A DNA stretch of 64,000 bases from Patescibacteria group bacterium (GTDB lineage Bacteria; Patescibacteriota; Patescibacteriia; UBA2591; JAQUPP01): positions 128,467 through 192,466 of the forward strand of contig JAQUPP010000001.1 of the NCBI GenBank assembly GCA_028716665.1, given 5' to 3'. The position numbers and the translations under genes were made by a program. Positions 16,131 to 26,106 of this stretch are shown piece by piece. The notes under the pieces were generated by a model. The model was not told the origin of the DNA. It made no database searches and saw only the letters and a program-made list of their open reading frames with translations. The first letter of the stretch is position 1. Every line of letters begins with the position of its first letter.

Positions 16131-18779
16131 TTATTTAGAGGTGTATTCAATTTGCTTTTTGTCCAGAATAACGGCTTGAGCAGCGGAAAGCCTGGCAATA
16201 GGCACGCGATAAGGGGAGCAGCTCACATAATTAAATCCGTTTTTATGGCAAAATTTTATGCTCTCCGGGTCGCCACCGTGCTCGCCGCAAATTCCGATTT
16301 TCAAATCAGGTCTGACACTTCTTCCTTTTTTAATGGCTATTGTTATCAGTTGTCCGATGCCTTCTTGATCCAAAGTTTTAAACGGATCGTCTTTGAGTAT
16401 TTTTTTGTCCAAATATATTTTAATGAATTTTCCGGCATCGTCTCGAGAAAATCCCATGCCCATTTGCGTCAAATCATTGGTACCGAACGAGAAAAATTTC
16501 GCTTCCGCGGCGATTTCATCCGCCACCAGCGAGGCTCTTGGAACTTCAATCATAGTGCCGACCAAATATTCAATTTTTACTTTGTATTTTTTCATTGTTT
16601 CGGCAGCAATATTTATGACGACATTTTTTTGGTCTTTTAATTCATTAACATGTCCGACCAGAGGAATCATTATTTCCGGAACTATTTTTATTTTTTCTTT
16701 AGCCAATTCGCAAGCCGCGGAAATAATGGCTCGGGTTTGCATTTCGGTTATTTCCGGATAAGTAATACCCAACCTGCATCCGCGATGGCCGAGCATCGGA
16801 TTTGTTTCGTGAAGTTCGCAAGATTTTTGCCAAATTTTTTCTCCGGGCACATTTATTTTTTCGGAAAGTTCGAAAGATTCTTTTTCTGTTTTCGGCAAAA
16901 ATTCATGGAGCGGGGGATCTAAGAATCTGATCGTCACTTGAAATCCTTTCATCTCCCTAAAAAGGCCTTTAAAATCTTCTTTTTGGAAAACGAATAATTT
17001 ATTTAAAACTTCGTTTCGGCCGGCGAGGTCGTCGGCTAAAATCATTTTTTGCATCAAAGGCAAGCGCTCTTTGGCGAAAAACATATGTTCGGTTCGACAA
17101 AGGCCGATGCCTTCAGCGCCAAATTGGCGGGCGACTTTTGCATCTCGCGGAATATCGGCATTGGTTCTGATTTTTAATGTTCTGATTTTGTCAGCCCATT
17201 TCATAAACTCCGCAAATTCATTGCTTAATTTAGGTTCAATTCTCGCCATTTTCCCCAAAATTACTCGGCCAGTTGAACCGTCAAGAGAAATCCAATCTCC
17301 TTCTTTGATTGTCATTTTTTTGGTGAAAAATTTTTTATTTTTTTCATCTATTTTGATTTCTTCGCAACCAACCACAGCGCATTTTCCCATTCCTCTGGCT
17401 ACGACCGCGGCATGCGATGTCATTCCGCCGCGAGAAGTTAAAATTCCCTCCGCTGCGTTGATTCCGTGAATGTCATCAGGGCAAGTTTCGGCGCGAACTA
17501 AAATTACTTTTTCCGTTTTGCTTAAAATAACCGCTTCATCGGCATTAAAAACAACTTTTCCAATGGCCGCGCCCGGAGAAGCGGGAAGTCCTTGAGTAAT
17601 TATTTCTATTTTCGCTTTTGGATCAATAATCGGGTGAAGCAGTTGATTAATTTGTTCCGGTTCAAGACGCATTAAAGCTTCTTCTTTGGAAATTAATTTT
17701 TCTTTGACCATATCCACGGCGATTTTTACCGCCGCCTGAGTGGTTCGTTTGCCGGTTCTGGTTTGCAACATATAAAGTTTTCCTTGTTCAATCGTAAATT
17801 CAAAATCTTGCACATCTTTCCAGTGTTTTTCCAGCCGCATGACTATTTTTTTTAATTCATCGTAAACTTTCGGCATTTCTTTTTTAAGTTCTTCGATCGG
17901 TTTCGGCGTTCTGACTCCGGCCACGACGTCTTCGCCTTGGGCATTGATCAAATATTCGCCGTAAATTTTTTTCTCGCCGGTTGAAGGATTACGCGTAAAA
18001 CCCACGCCAGTACCGCAATTTTCGCCAAGATTGCCGAAAACCATGGACTGGATATTCACTGCCGTGCCCAAATTATCAGGAATTTTATTTAATAGGCGGT
18101 AAGTGGCGGCTCGCGGATTATTCCAGCTTTTGAAAACTGCCATTTCCGCCATTTCTAACTGCTTAAACGGATTATCGGGAAATTCGCGGCCGATTTTTTC
18201 GTGAATGAATTTTTTATATTTCGTGATTAAGGATTTAAGATCTTCTTCTCTGAGTTCAGTGTCAAATTTCACTCCGAGTTCTTCTTTTTTCTTATTTAAA
18301 ATATCTTCAAATTCTTCTTTATTGATTTCCAAAACAACATTGCCGAACATTTGGATAAAACGGCGATAAGCATCGTAAACAAAACGCGGATTTTTAGTTT
18401 TTTGAATCAAACCGGGAATGGTTTTTAAAGAAAGACCCAAATTTAAAATCGTATCCATCATTCCGGGCATGGAAAATTTCGCTCCGCTTCTCACTGAGAG
18501 AAGCAATGGCTCGGTCGGATCGCCGAATTTTTTGTTGGTTGCTTTTTCCAATTTTTTGAGAGCTTTTTCAAATTGTTTTTTAAAATCAGGCGGCAATTTT
18601 TCTTTGTGCTCGTAAAAATAGCAGCAAACCTCGGTTGTAATCGTAAAACCGGGAGGAATCGGAATGCCATTTTTAGACATTTCCGCCAATCCAGCTCCTT
18701 TGCCGCCGAGTAAATTTTTCATTTGTCCATTGCCGTCAGTTTCATTTTTGCTGAAAAAATAAATAAATTTCTTTTCCAT
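16131..18779 (-). CDS. ppdK: Pyruvate, phosphate dikinase
   Basis: GGKGAGLAEM is present at the N-terminus, with the phospho-His region GGMTSHAAVVARGMGK and a PEP-utilising C-terminus (GTNDLTQ). The length is 882 aa. Confidence 0.9.
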   Translation of the reverse strand: MEKKFIYFFSKNETDGNGQMKNLLGGKGAGLAEMSKNGIPIPPGFTITTEVCCYFYEHKEKLPPDFKKQFEKALKKLEKATNKKFGDPTEPLLLSVRSGAKFSMPGMMDTILNLGLSLKTIPGLIQKTKNPRFVYDAYRRFIQMFGNVVLEINKEEFEDILNKKKEELGVKFDTELREEDLKSLITKYKKFIHEKIGREFPDNPFKQLEMAEMAVFKSWNNPRAATYRLLNKIPDNLGTAVNIQSMVFGNLGENCGTGVGFTRNPSTGEKKIYGEYLINAQGEDVVAGVRTPKPIEELKKEMPKVYDELKKIVMRLEKHWKDVQDFEFTIEQGKLYMLQTRTGKRTTQAAVKIAVDMVKEKLISKEEALMRLEPEQINQLLHPIIDPKAKIEIITQGLPASPGAAIGKVVFNADEAVILSKTEKVILVRAETCPDDIHGINAAEGILTSRGGMTSHAAVVARGMGKCAVVGCEEIKIDEKNKKFFTKKMTIKEGDWISLDGSTGRVILGKMARIEPKLSNEFAEFMKWADKIRTLKIRTNADIPRDAKVARQFGAEGIGLCRTEHMFFAKERLPLMQKMILADDLAGRNEVLNKLFVFQKEDFKGLFREMKGFQVTIRFLDPPLHEFLPKTEKESFELSEKINVPGEKIWQKSCELHETNPMLGHRGCRLGITYPEITEMQTRAIISAACELAKEKIKIVPEIMIPLVGHVNELKDQKNVVINIAAETMKKYKVKIEYLVGTMIEVPRASLVADEIAAEAKFFSFGTNDLTQMGMGFSRDDAGKFIKIYLDKKILKDDPFKTLDQEGIGQLITIAIKKGRSVRPDLKIGICGEHGGDPESIKFCHKNGFNYVSCSPYRVPIARLSAAQAVILDKKQIEYTSK

Positions 18780-18850
18780 ATATTTTTAACATTATTTTAA
18801 TTAAATTGCAGTCATTATATTATATCCTAATTTTAGAATTTTTCAATTAA

Positions 18851-18886
18851 AAAAGAGGCAAATCAATTGTGATTTGCCTCTAATAT
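18851..18886 (-). terminator. Intrinsic terminator (agaggcaaatca...tgatttgcctct followed by a T-run on the minus strand)
   Basis: A 12-bp stem lies downstream of the stop of the minus-strand gene ending at 18892. Confidence 0.5.
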
Positions 18887-18891
18887 TTTTC

Positions 18892-19368
18892 TTATTTTAA
18901 ATCAGATATTTTTACTCGTCCAATCTCCTTTTCTAATTCCTCTTTTTCCCTGAGTAATTCGGGAAACCTTTTTTGGACATATCTGTTCTGCCAAATTTCC
19001 GACAGCCAAGGAATAGACGAATATGCGATAAAACTTAAGCCGGCGATAAAAATTGCCGGAGTTCTTGGAATAAAATCAGTAGGGTAAAAAATATGCGCTA
19101 TTCCTATTATACAAATAATTATCCAAATTAAGAACCAAACTTCGGAAAACCAACGAGGTTTTTTCTCGTGAATTGTTTCTTTTAATTTTTCCAATTCCCG
19201 AACCATTTTGATATTTTTGCCGGTTGCCAGGCAAAAATCAGGTAGGGGAAAAGGATGGAGATTTTTGCAAACCGGGCAACGTTTTAAAACGGTCTCACCA
19301 CAGCTGCACCTAATTTCATTCTCCATTACTATGAATATTTCTCCTCCACATATCGGACATTTCATTTT
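18892..19368 (-). CDS. Zinc-ribbon membrane protein, paralog A (CxxC x4 N-terminus, TM segments, conserved C-terminal ...RKFPELLREKEELEKEI)
   Basis: It is a paralog of 26343-26849. The start was chosen at MKCPICGG, which has a GGAGG RBS and is consistent with the promoter position. Confidence 0.55.
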   Translation of the reverse strand, partial: KMKCPICGGEIFIVMENEIRCSCGETVLKRCPVCKNLHPFPLPDFCLATGKNIKMVRELEKLKETIHEKKPRWFSEVWFLIWIIICIIGIAHIFYPTDFIPRTPAIFIAGLSFIAYSSIPWLSEIWQNRYVQKRFPELLREKEELEKEIGRVKISDLK

Positions 19369-19416
19369 TCCTCCTTGTTTTTTTATAAAGAACCATTGTC
19401 TGATTTTTATATTTAA

Positions 19417-19445
19417 ATAATAGCACATTTTTTGCCTTTTGTCAA
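19417..19445 (-). promoter_or_regulatory. Promoter (minus strand) TTGACA-N17-TATTAT with extended -10 TGTGCTATTAT
   Basis: It is the reverse complement of tgtcaa...ataatagcaca. Confidence 0.5.
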
Positions 19446-19492
19446 TAGATAAAATTATTGTATTTATCTATTTTTAAGGTATAATTTAGAAT

Positions 19493-20365
19493 ATGAAATT
19501 GAAAAATAGTGACAAAATATTTGTTGTTGAAAAAATTTATCAAAAGATTTTGGGAATATACCCGTTTTTAACGAAAACGGAGAAAAATATATTTAAGAAG
19601 AAGGCCAAATTTATTTTAGATAAATCTAAATGTGGAAAATCAGAACAAGAAATCTCGATTAAAAATTTATTGGCCCTTCTTAATAGTAATGGTCACGCAG
19701 ATATTAAAGAATGGCGCAAGTCGGATCGTAATTTTATGCGCAAGGCGAAAATTAAAAAATCACCATTTTCAAAAATTGAAAATAGAATTCTTTATATTAA
19801 AATTCCGTCATGGGCGAAATGGCTTGGCGATATTGATCAAAAATTAAATAAATTTTGTCAAAAAAATATTAAAAAGTATAATGCCATTATTATTGATGTG
19901 AGAGAGAATCAAGGCGGGTCGTCAAGAATTGCCCATAATTTTGCCGGCATTTTTTTCAAAAAGACATTTATTTACGGCAAATTTATCAAGAAAAATGAAA
20001 ACGGTAAATTGAAAACTACAGAGGGCAGATTTAAACCGAATAAAAAGATTTTTATTGACCAGCCTATTATAATTTTAATTTCAAGAAAATGTTTTAGTTC
20101 AAATGAACTGTTTCTCGCACCATTTAAAATTTTAAAAAGAGCTGTTTTGATCGGCGAACCCACGGCCGGAGGAAGCGCCAACCCGATATCAGAAATAGTT
20201 GAGATTTTTGGAAAGAAATTTATTATTAGAATTCCGACTTGGAGATTTTTTTTGAAAGATAAAAAACAGCCAATAGAAAAGACAAAAATTAGTCCGGATA
20301 TTGTTTATAAAGGTAAAAATATAGAAAAGTTTGCAAAGAATTATTTATTAAAAAATAATAAGTAA
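19493..20365 (+). CDS. S41-family (C-terminal processing/tail-specific) peptidase-like protein
   Basis: IIDVRENQGGSS and a later LIGEPTAGGSA resemble the S41 catalytic region. The protein is short (290 aa) and has no obvious PDZ domain. Confidence 0.5.
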   Translation: MKLKNSDKIFVVEKIYQKILGIYPFLTKTEKNIFKKKAKFILDKSKCGKSEQEISIKNLLALLNSNGHADIKEWRKSDRNFMRKAKIKKSPFSKIENRILYIKIPSWAKWLGDIDQKLNKFCQKNIKKYNAIIIDVRENQGGSSRIAHNFAGIFFKKTFIYGKFIKKNENGKLKTTEGRFKPNKKIFIDQPIIILISRKCFSSNELFLAPFKILKRAVLIGEPTAGGSANPISEIVEIFGKKFIIRIPTWRFFLKDKKQPIEKTKISPDIVYKGKNIEKFAKNYLLKNNK

Positions 20366-20440
20366 TACTTTTTTGCGAAATAAAATAAAAAAATAGCAGT
20401 AATACTATTTTTTTATTTTAAAAAATTTAAATTAGGTGTT

Positions 20441-20968
20441 TTATTCCTTGCAGCAGTTAAGAACCTTTTTTAATAAATCTCCCATTTTGCCGAAAAATCC
20501 GGTTTTTTCTTGGTCGTGGACATTCAGTTGGTTGTCGTCAATTTTCTTCAAGTTTGAAGTGTCGATTATTTTTAAATTTATCGCCCAAAATAGTGAATAA
20601 AGCTCGTATGATTTTTTAAATAAATCTTCGGCTTTTTCTTTTTCTCCTTGACCCAAGTGTTTTGTCCCGACTTCCATCAATCTCATCGAGCCGGCCAGTA
20701 AGTGTTTGGAAATGCACCAAACTTCGCCTTCGTAATCCTTGATAATTTTTTTCAATAAGTCCTTGCGCATTTCACGCACAGTTTTTAATAAATCAAAATA
20801 TTCCGATTTACCGGTTTTTTTTGCGGTAAAGAAAAAATGCTCTTCAATGGATATTAAATTCATGATGGCAATAGAGAGGTCTTCGTCCAACGAAAGATCC
20901 AGTCCGCCACTTTTACTTTCTTCAACTTTTTTTAAAAGTTTTTGAATTTTTTCTTGTTCCAAATCCAT
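20441..20968 (-). CDS. Hypothetical protein
   Basis: It is an ORF of 175 aa with no recognised motif. Confidence 0.45.
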   Translation of the reverse strand: MDLEQEKIQKLLKKVEESKSGGLDLSLDEDLSIAIMNLISIEEHFFFTAKKTGKSEYFDLLKTVREMRKDLLKKIIKDYEGEVWCISKHLLAGSMRLMEVGTKHLGQGEKEKAEDLFKKSYELYSLFWAINLKIIDTSNLKKIDDNQLNVHDQEKTGFFGKMGDLLKKVLNCCKE

Positions 20969-20976
20969 AAATTTGT

Positions 20977-21498
20977 TTATTTATAACATTTAGTAATCCA
21001 ATAATAAACTAAACTGGTGATTAATAAAAGAGACACCGGAATCACCACTTTTTGATAAGGAAAAAATACCTTGCCGTGATTTTTCTTTTTTAATAAATTG
21101 TTCAAACCAACGCTGATCAGGAAAACCAAACCGCCCAAAATAATGCCGAATAATAATTTATCCATCCCGCACAGGCGGTTCAAAGGATGCCCCATCAGCC
21201 CCATACCGTAAAAAGAGGCGATAAAAAAGAAATAAAAAACGAGATAAATGACGAAATCGCGCAGCTTGAAATGAATATTTTTTTTATCCAACCAGGTTAA
21301 AAACCAAATAATTAAGGAAATAATCAAGCCTCCAACCCAAATACCGGTAATTCCGTCATCAACGCCCAGCCAGCGTGAAAGCCCAATACCGGCGCCAACC
21401 GCGATAGTACAAACGGGGCAAACAGCAGAAGCTTGGTATGGCAGAAAAATCGCGGTTATGGCTAAAATCAGCCAAATATTTTTTTTAATTAAATCCAT
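20977..21498 (-). CDS. Polytopic membrane protein with CPVC in the first TM. It could be a DsbB/VKOR-like partner of the adjacent thioredoxin-fold protein.
   Basis: It has about four TM segments, a CxxC near the N-terminus and two later Cys. Its size (173 aa) is DsbB-like. The call is tentative. Confidence 0.3.
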   Translation of the reverse strand: MDLIKKNIWLILAITAIFLPYQASAVCPVCTIAVGAGIGLSRWLGVDDGITGIWVGGLIISLIIWFLTWLDKKNIHFKLRDFVIYLVFYFFFIASFYGMGLMGHPLNRLCGMDKLLFGIILGGLVFLISVGLNNLLKKKNHGKVFFPYQKVVIPVSLLLITSLVYYWITKCYK

Positions 21499-21500
21499 GA

Positions 21501-21884
21501 TTATAATTTACTTTGGAAAAATTTAATAATATCAACATCTCCTATCAAGCAGACTGGGTTTTTATTTGACCCGTCAAACAAAAAAGGAATAGCAAGATCT
21601 CCTTCATTTAATCCGCATTCCCCGGCTTTTTCTTTTAATAATTCAAGATTGACGGCGATAGAAGTGTCTCGGTTCTCAAATTTTATTTTTTCAGCCGCTT
21701 TATTCTGGGCTAAAAATTCTTCCACTTTTATACAATGGGGACAGGTCGGAGAAAAGAATAAAACAATTCCGTCTTCCGGACTATTATTTTTACTTTTTTG
21801 TCCCGATCGATTGCCGATAATAACAAAAATAATCCCGATTATCACTAAAACGATAATGATGGCAAATAAAAGTTTTTTATTCAT
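21501..21884 (-). CDS. Membrane-anchored thioredoxin-fold protein with a DsbA-type CPHC active site
   Basis: An N-terminal TM helix is followed by FFSPTCPHCIKVEEFL. Confidence 0.55.
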   Translation of the reverse strand: MNKKLLFAIIIVLVIIGIIFVIIGNRSGQKSKNNSPEDGIVLFFSPTCPHCIKVEEFLAQNKAAEKIKFENRDTSIAVNLELLKEKAGECGLNEGDLAIPFLFDGSNKNPVCLIGDVDIIKFFQSKL

Positions 21885-21940
21885 ACGATTTTCAAAGGTT
21901 TATTATTATATTTCTATTAAAGCACACTATTTATTAATTG

Positions 21941-24244
21941 TCAAAAAGTAATTTCCAAAAATGCTTTATCAGGATGATCAGTGGAAAAAGTCATAATCAG
22001 CCAATAACCGGGTTTATACATGGTCAATTGATTAAGTCCTTCATCTTGTGTTCTATAGCCAAGGCCTTCTAGATGATTTTTAACCGCAGTGACATCGTCT
22101 TTAGTAACAATACGGGGGAATATATAATCAAGCATTGAGCCATCCATATTATCAGTCATTTTAACTTGATTATTATAAAGCTGATTTAAAATCGGCAAAA
22201 GTTCGCCATCAATCGTTCGGCTTTTGTCATTAATCAGTTCGGAAGGGATCGCTCTTTCATAATTAATTTCCGGCCAAGTTCTTGTTGCGGTTGAAGCAAG
22301 GTTCGAATTTTGAACCGGAGTATTATAAGCGAAAACATTAGGCAGTGTCGGACAGAGAGTATTTTTGGAATTATTCGGGGAAACATAAGTGGTGGTTTTT
22401 GTTTTTTTGTAAACAGAAAATTCCGGTTTGCGACTGGTTAACTTGACTGAGTAAGAATCTGTTTGGCTGATTAAATCATTGGTTGTTGCGTAAAGAGTTG
22501 TTATTTCCGTGATGATTTTATCGTTATAATCCACGACCCACCCGGCGTTGTTTTTAACATTTCCGCTCCCGTCCAATTTTACCAAGAAACCGTCTTTATA
22601 ATAGGTGATGCTGCTAAGCAAAACGGATTGAACCACGTCAGTCGTATATTCGCCGGCAATAATCGCTCCACTGTCCGGTGTTGCTTTCATGACATAATTA
22701 GTCAAAGGGCCGGACTTGGGCGGTTCGATTTCTTTTATCCAGTCAATATTTAATTCTTGATCAGTTTTTATTGTCAGAATGCTTCCGTGAGAAGCTTCTG
22801 TCGCGGCTTTAATGGCTGCTTGAACTTTTTTCCAATCTTCTTGCGATTGTTTTGTTTTTTGATTTCCTTCTTTCAACATTTCCATTTCTCCGTATTTTTC
22901 AACATACCATTTGCGCTGATCGTTAACATCTTGCATTTTGGTTCCGCAATCATCATCAGCCCAAGTATTGGGTCCGGCAATTATTATTTTATTGTCAGTC
23001 GTTGAGATAATGGAATAATTTGTCATCGGTCCGCTGAAATCATTAAAACTCAAAGTTATTTTTTTGGCCCATTCCAAATTTCCAGAGGAACTAAATTTAA
23101 ATCCCATTAAAGAATTTTTTGGTTTTGAATTTACGCTATTGCTGTCTGTAATTAAAGATAAAGCAGCGGATAAATTTCCAAAAACAATATAACCGTTGTC
23201 TTTGGTTTTAGCAAGACCTTGAACGACAATTGCTCCTTGCCGCATTTCTTTCCAACCCATTTCAAGGCCGCCTTCCGGCTTGGTGATTACAGCCGCCATT
23301 TCCAAAGGGATGCCTTCAATGCTTTTTGCCCATTCAAAATTAAAATTTTTATCAAATTTGGCCAAGCCCGGATAAGTATCAAAATTGTAAGGAGGGTCTT
23401 TTTCCGGATTCGACTGAGTTAAATTGCCGGCTAAAGCATAACCGCCATCCGGCGTGGGAATTAAATAAGAATCGTTTTCGCGGGCAATGAAATTTTTTAT
23501 ATTTTTAGACCACTGGATATTTCCATTTTGATCAAATTTAAAAACTTTAAGCGATGAGTAGGGCTGATCAAAATAAACATCGCTGTCTTCTCCGACTTTA
23601 TCCGGCGTTAAATCAGTAATATTTGTGTAAAATAAAAAACCGTTATCAGCGGTTTCCAATAAAGAATTTTTGGCGTCTTCAACAAAGCCGGTAAATGATT
23701 TACTCCAAATCATATTGCCGTTTTTGTCCAATTTGGTGAACATTATTTTGTCCAGTTCTACGTTATCCGCGCTCCATTCTTTGGCAGTGATAAAACCCCA
23801 AACCTTGGAAACCATTAAATATCCGCCGCTTTTCAATTCAATAATTGATTGAACGTCTTCATCTCCCAAAGGATTTCCTGCGCCGGCGGCATTTTTGGTT
23901 TTTAAAAGTTTCATCCATTGGATACCTCCCTTTTTATCAAGTTTGGCCACAAAACCATCCGGCGGGATAAACATAATATTCGGATCCGTGGTTCCGGAAA
24001 CAATATAACCGCCGTCTTTGGTCGGCCATGCGCCATTAATTTTTGTGAATACCAAAATGCGATATGATTTAAAAAAAGTGGTATTTGATAAAGAAAGAAC
24101 GCAACTTGATGGGTCGTTATCAATTGAAGCAATGTCGGCAATTGAGGCAGTGAGAGTCGGGGTAATAACTTTAACCGCCGCGACTACAATCGCCGCGCAT
24201 CCAAAAATCACAATCGCCAGAAATGTAATAATATTTTTTTTCAT
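21941..24244 (-). CDS. Secreted beta-propeller repeat (SBBP-like) protein
   Basis: A signal/TM N-terminus is followed by at least six repeats of the form K(L/F)DxxGxxxWxKxφ. The length is 767 aa. Confidence 0.55.
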   Translation of the reverse strand: MKKNIITFLAIVIFGCAAIVVAAVKVITPTLTASIADIASIDNDPSSCVLSLSNTTFFKSYRILVFTKINGAWPTKDGGYIVSGTTDPNIMFIPPDGFVAKLDKKGGIQWMKLLKTKNAAGAGNPLGDEDVQSIIELKSGGYLMVSKVWGFITAKEWSADNVELDKIMFTKLDKNGNMIWSKSFTGFVEDAKNSLLETADNGFLFYTNITDLTPDKVGEDSDVYFDQPYSSLKVFKFDQNGNIQWSKNIKNFIARENDSYLIPTPDGGYALAGNLTQSNPEKDPPYNFDTYPGLAKFDKNFNFEWAKSIEGIPLEMAAVITKPEGGLEMGWKEMRQGAIVVQGLAKTKDNGYIVFGNLSAALSLITDSNSVNSKPKNSLMGFKFSSSGNLEWAKKITLSFNDFSGPMTNYSIISTTDNKIIIAGPNTWADDDCGTKMQDVNDQRKWYVEKYGEMEMLKEGNQKTKQSQEDWKKVQAAIKAATEASHGSILTIKTDQELNIDWIKEIEPPKSGPLTNYVMKATPDSGAIIAGEYTTDVVQSVLLSSITYYKDGFLVKLDGSGNVKNNAGWVVDYNDKIITEITTLYATTNDLISQTDSYSVKLTSRKPEFSVYKKTKTTTYVSPNNSKNTLCPTLPNVFAYNTPVQNSNLASTATRTWPEINYERAIPSELINDKSRTIDGELLPILNQLYNNQVKMTDNMDGSMLDYIFPRIVTKDDVTAVKNHLEGLGYRTQDEGLNQLTMYKPGYWLIMTFSTDHPDKAFLEITF

Positions 24245-24804
24245 TTTTTTAGATATTTTTTAATTTTATTCAAAAGAAAATCAAATTTAATATATCCGGA
24301 ATCTTTATTAATGTGTCCCGCGTTTTTAATAATGATTAATTTGGTATTTAAATTTTTTGCCAGCACTTTGCCTTTTTCAAGCGGGACGTAGGGATCATTA
24401 TTTGAATTGATAACATAAAATTTCTGGCAATTTTTATTTATTTTAGTCCAATTAAAGGATTTGGTCGTAAAGGTTCTATTAAGTTTATCAAAATCTCTAC
24501 GGCCTATCAAGCCGGTGAAACCAGCCACAAAAAATGCGGCTTTAATCGGATGATTCAATTTTCCCAAAACACTCAATAAAAAAGACGGCCCCAAGCTATG
24601 GCCGATAACTATAGTATCTTTATCTAAATATTGGTTGTATTTTTTAAAGATTTTCAGCCAATTTTTTAAAGATTGATTTTTGGGGGTAGGAAATTCAGGA
24701 ATAAAAACCCGGCAACCGATTTTTTTCAATTCGGATTTTAACCAAGGAAACCAGTTTCCCTTCGGACTTCCGCAGGTACCATGAATTATAATTACATTAG
24801 TCAT
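24241..24804 (-). CDS. Alpha/beta serine hydrolase (RBBP9/YdeN-like)
   Basis: The nucleophile elbow GHSLG is present and the protein is 187 aa. Confidence 0.6.
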   Translation of the reverse strand: MTNVIIIHGTCGSPKGNWFPWLKSELKKIGCRVFIPEFPTPKNQSLKNWLKIFKKYNQYLDKDTIVIGHSLGPSFLLSVLGKLNHPIKAAFFVAGFTGLIGRRDFDKLNRTFTTKSFNWTKINKNCQKFYVINSNNDPYVPLEKGKVLAKNLNTKLIIIKNAGHINKDSGYIKFDFLLNKIKKYLKK

Positions 24805-24812
24805 TAATTTTT

Positions 24813-25115
24813 TTATTTGTATCTATTTTTGTCTCTTTTGACAACTTTATTAAAACTTTTTCTGATTGCTTTGTCCAAATCAACATTATTTGAATTGGCA
24901 AAACAAATCAGCGTATAAATTATATCGCCGATTTCTTCTTCCAGCTCTTGTTTCTTTTCTTCATCTCTTTTCGGCTTGTCGCCGTAAAGATGATTAACTA
25001 ATCTCGCGAATTCGCCGCATTCTTCGTAAAGCCGCGCCAAAATTGACAACTGAGACCAGTATTTCCAGTCGTTTTCTTTAAACCATTTGTCCAATTCTTT
25101 TTGATATTTTTTCAT
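24813..25115 (-). CDS. MazG-like nucleotide pyrophosphohydrolase
   Basis: The acidic motifs EECGEF...ELEEEIGDIIYTL are typical of the small MazG/NTP-PPase family (100 aa). Confidence 0.65.
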   Translation of the reverse strand: MKKYQKELDKWFKENDWKYWSQLSILARLYEECGEFARLVNHLYGDKPKRDEEKKQELEEEIGDIIYTLICFANSNNVDLDKAIRKSFNKVVKRDKNRYK

Positions 25116-25139
25116 AAACGCAAATTAAAATATTTTTTA

Positions 25140-25210
25140 TGGACCTAGGCAGAATCGAACTGCCGTCTCCGCAATGCGAATGCGGCGTATTACCACTATA
25201 CTATAGGCCC
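25140..25210 (-). tRNA. tRNA-Ala (anticodon CGC)
   Basis: The cloverleaf carries the G3:U70 Ala identity pair, anticodon loop UUCGCAU and T-loop UUCGAUU. Confidence 0.85.
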
Positions 25211-25944
25211 TTGTTTGCCAAACCTTGCCAGGTTAAATCAAATAAAATTCTGACAAAATTGGCGATTTTTTTATCTTCAATGGAAACAATGAAAATTTCA
25301 TCTTGCAGAGAACCGAGTAAAATTTTATCGCCGACAATACCTAGATCACTGCCAGACGGTTTTATATTTTTAGGCAAAAAACGAATTTGGTGAAACGGCC
25401 CTTGATTTCTTTTAGTATAATCTTTAGCAACCGGCTCGTCAAATAAAATTTCTCTAACCGAGAAGTTTTTATTTTTCTGTTTTTTTTCAAAAGGTTTGGC
25501 CATTTTGGGGTATCGTTTGTCAGCCTCGCTTATTGTACTAATAAATAATATTTCACCCTGATATTCTAAGATATCCTGATAAGCCCGATCCGGCGCGTCC
25601 TCGCCTTCAAAAATCATAATTTTTGGTTTTTGTTTTTCTAAATTATGGATAGCCATTAATTGAGGCAATAAACTTTGAAAATCCAAAATTTGTTCATTTA
25701 AAGAATTTAAAATTTTTTTTGGCGGCTGGGCGATAAAAACTTGGGTCCGTTCTTTGAGCGAGCGGGTGACTAATCCTTTTTCGGCCAGTAAATCCAAAAT
25801 TAAATAAGTAGTTGGACGTTTGACTCCGCTTTTTTTGCTGATTTCCATGGGCGTGCCGGCGCCAAGTTCCAAGGCAGCCAAATAAACAGCTGATTCTTTT
25901 TCCGCCAGACCGAATTTAGTTAATTGTTCCTTTAAAGTGTTCAT
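25201..25944 (-). CDS. TrmB-family HTH transcriptional regulator (paralog of 8437-9171)
   Basis: LAALELGAGTPMEISKKSGVKRPTTYLILDLLAEKGL is a TrmB-type winged helix. The stop region abuts the 5' end of the tRNA. Confidence 0.65.
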   Translation of the reverse strand: MNTLKEQLTKFGLAEKESAVYLAALELGAGTPMEISKKSGVKRPTTYLILDLLAEKGLVTRSLKERTQVFIAQPPKKILNSLNEQILDFQSLLPQLMAIHNLEKQKPKIMIFEGEDAPDRAYQDILEYQGEILFISTISEADKRYPKMAKPFEKKQKNKNFSVREILFDEPVAKDYTKRNQGPFHQIRFLPKNIKPSGSDLGIVGDKILLGSLQDEIFIVSIEDKKIANFVRILFDLTWQGLANKGL

Positions 25945-25971
25945 GTTTTTATTATAACATATTTATTGATG

Positions 25972-25990
25972 TTGTCAAGATTATTGACAC
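25972..25990. promoter_or_regulatory. Candidate operator palindrome TTGTCAA-GATTA-TTGACA in the divergent region
   Basis: It is an inverted repeat about 30 bp upstream of the regulator start, and it resembles 8334-8353. Confidence 0.4.
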
Positions 25991-26048
25991 ATAAGTTATC
26001 CACAGATACATTTAACTTTGTTTATTCACTATTTGGCGTCTAAAATTC

Positions 26049-26077
26049 TTGACAGATTTTAAAAATTGTGCTATACT
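26049..26077 (+). promoter_or_regulatory. Promoter TTGACA-N17-TATACT with extended -10 (TTGTGCTATACT)
   Basis: It has near-consensus hexamers with ideal spacing, about 30 nt upstream of the ATG at 26107. Confidence 0.6.
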
Positions 26078-26106
26078 GTTTTTAGAATATTAAAAAGGGG
26101 GAAGAG

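Noticed and set aside
25139-25393. An 84-aa plus-strand ORF (MDLGRIELPSPQCECG...)
   Set aside because: It is the antisense translation of tRNA-Ala(CGC) and of the C-terminus of the TrmB regulator, so it is not a gene.
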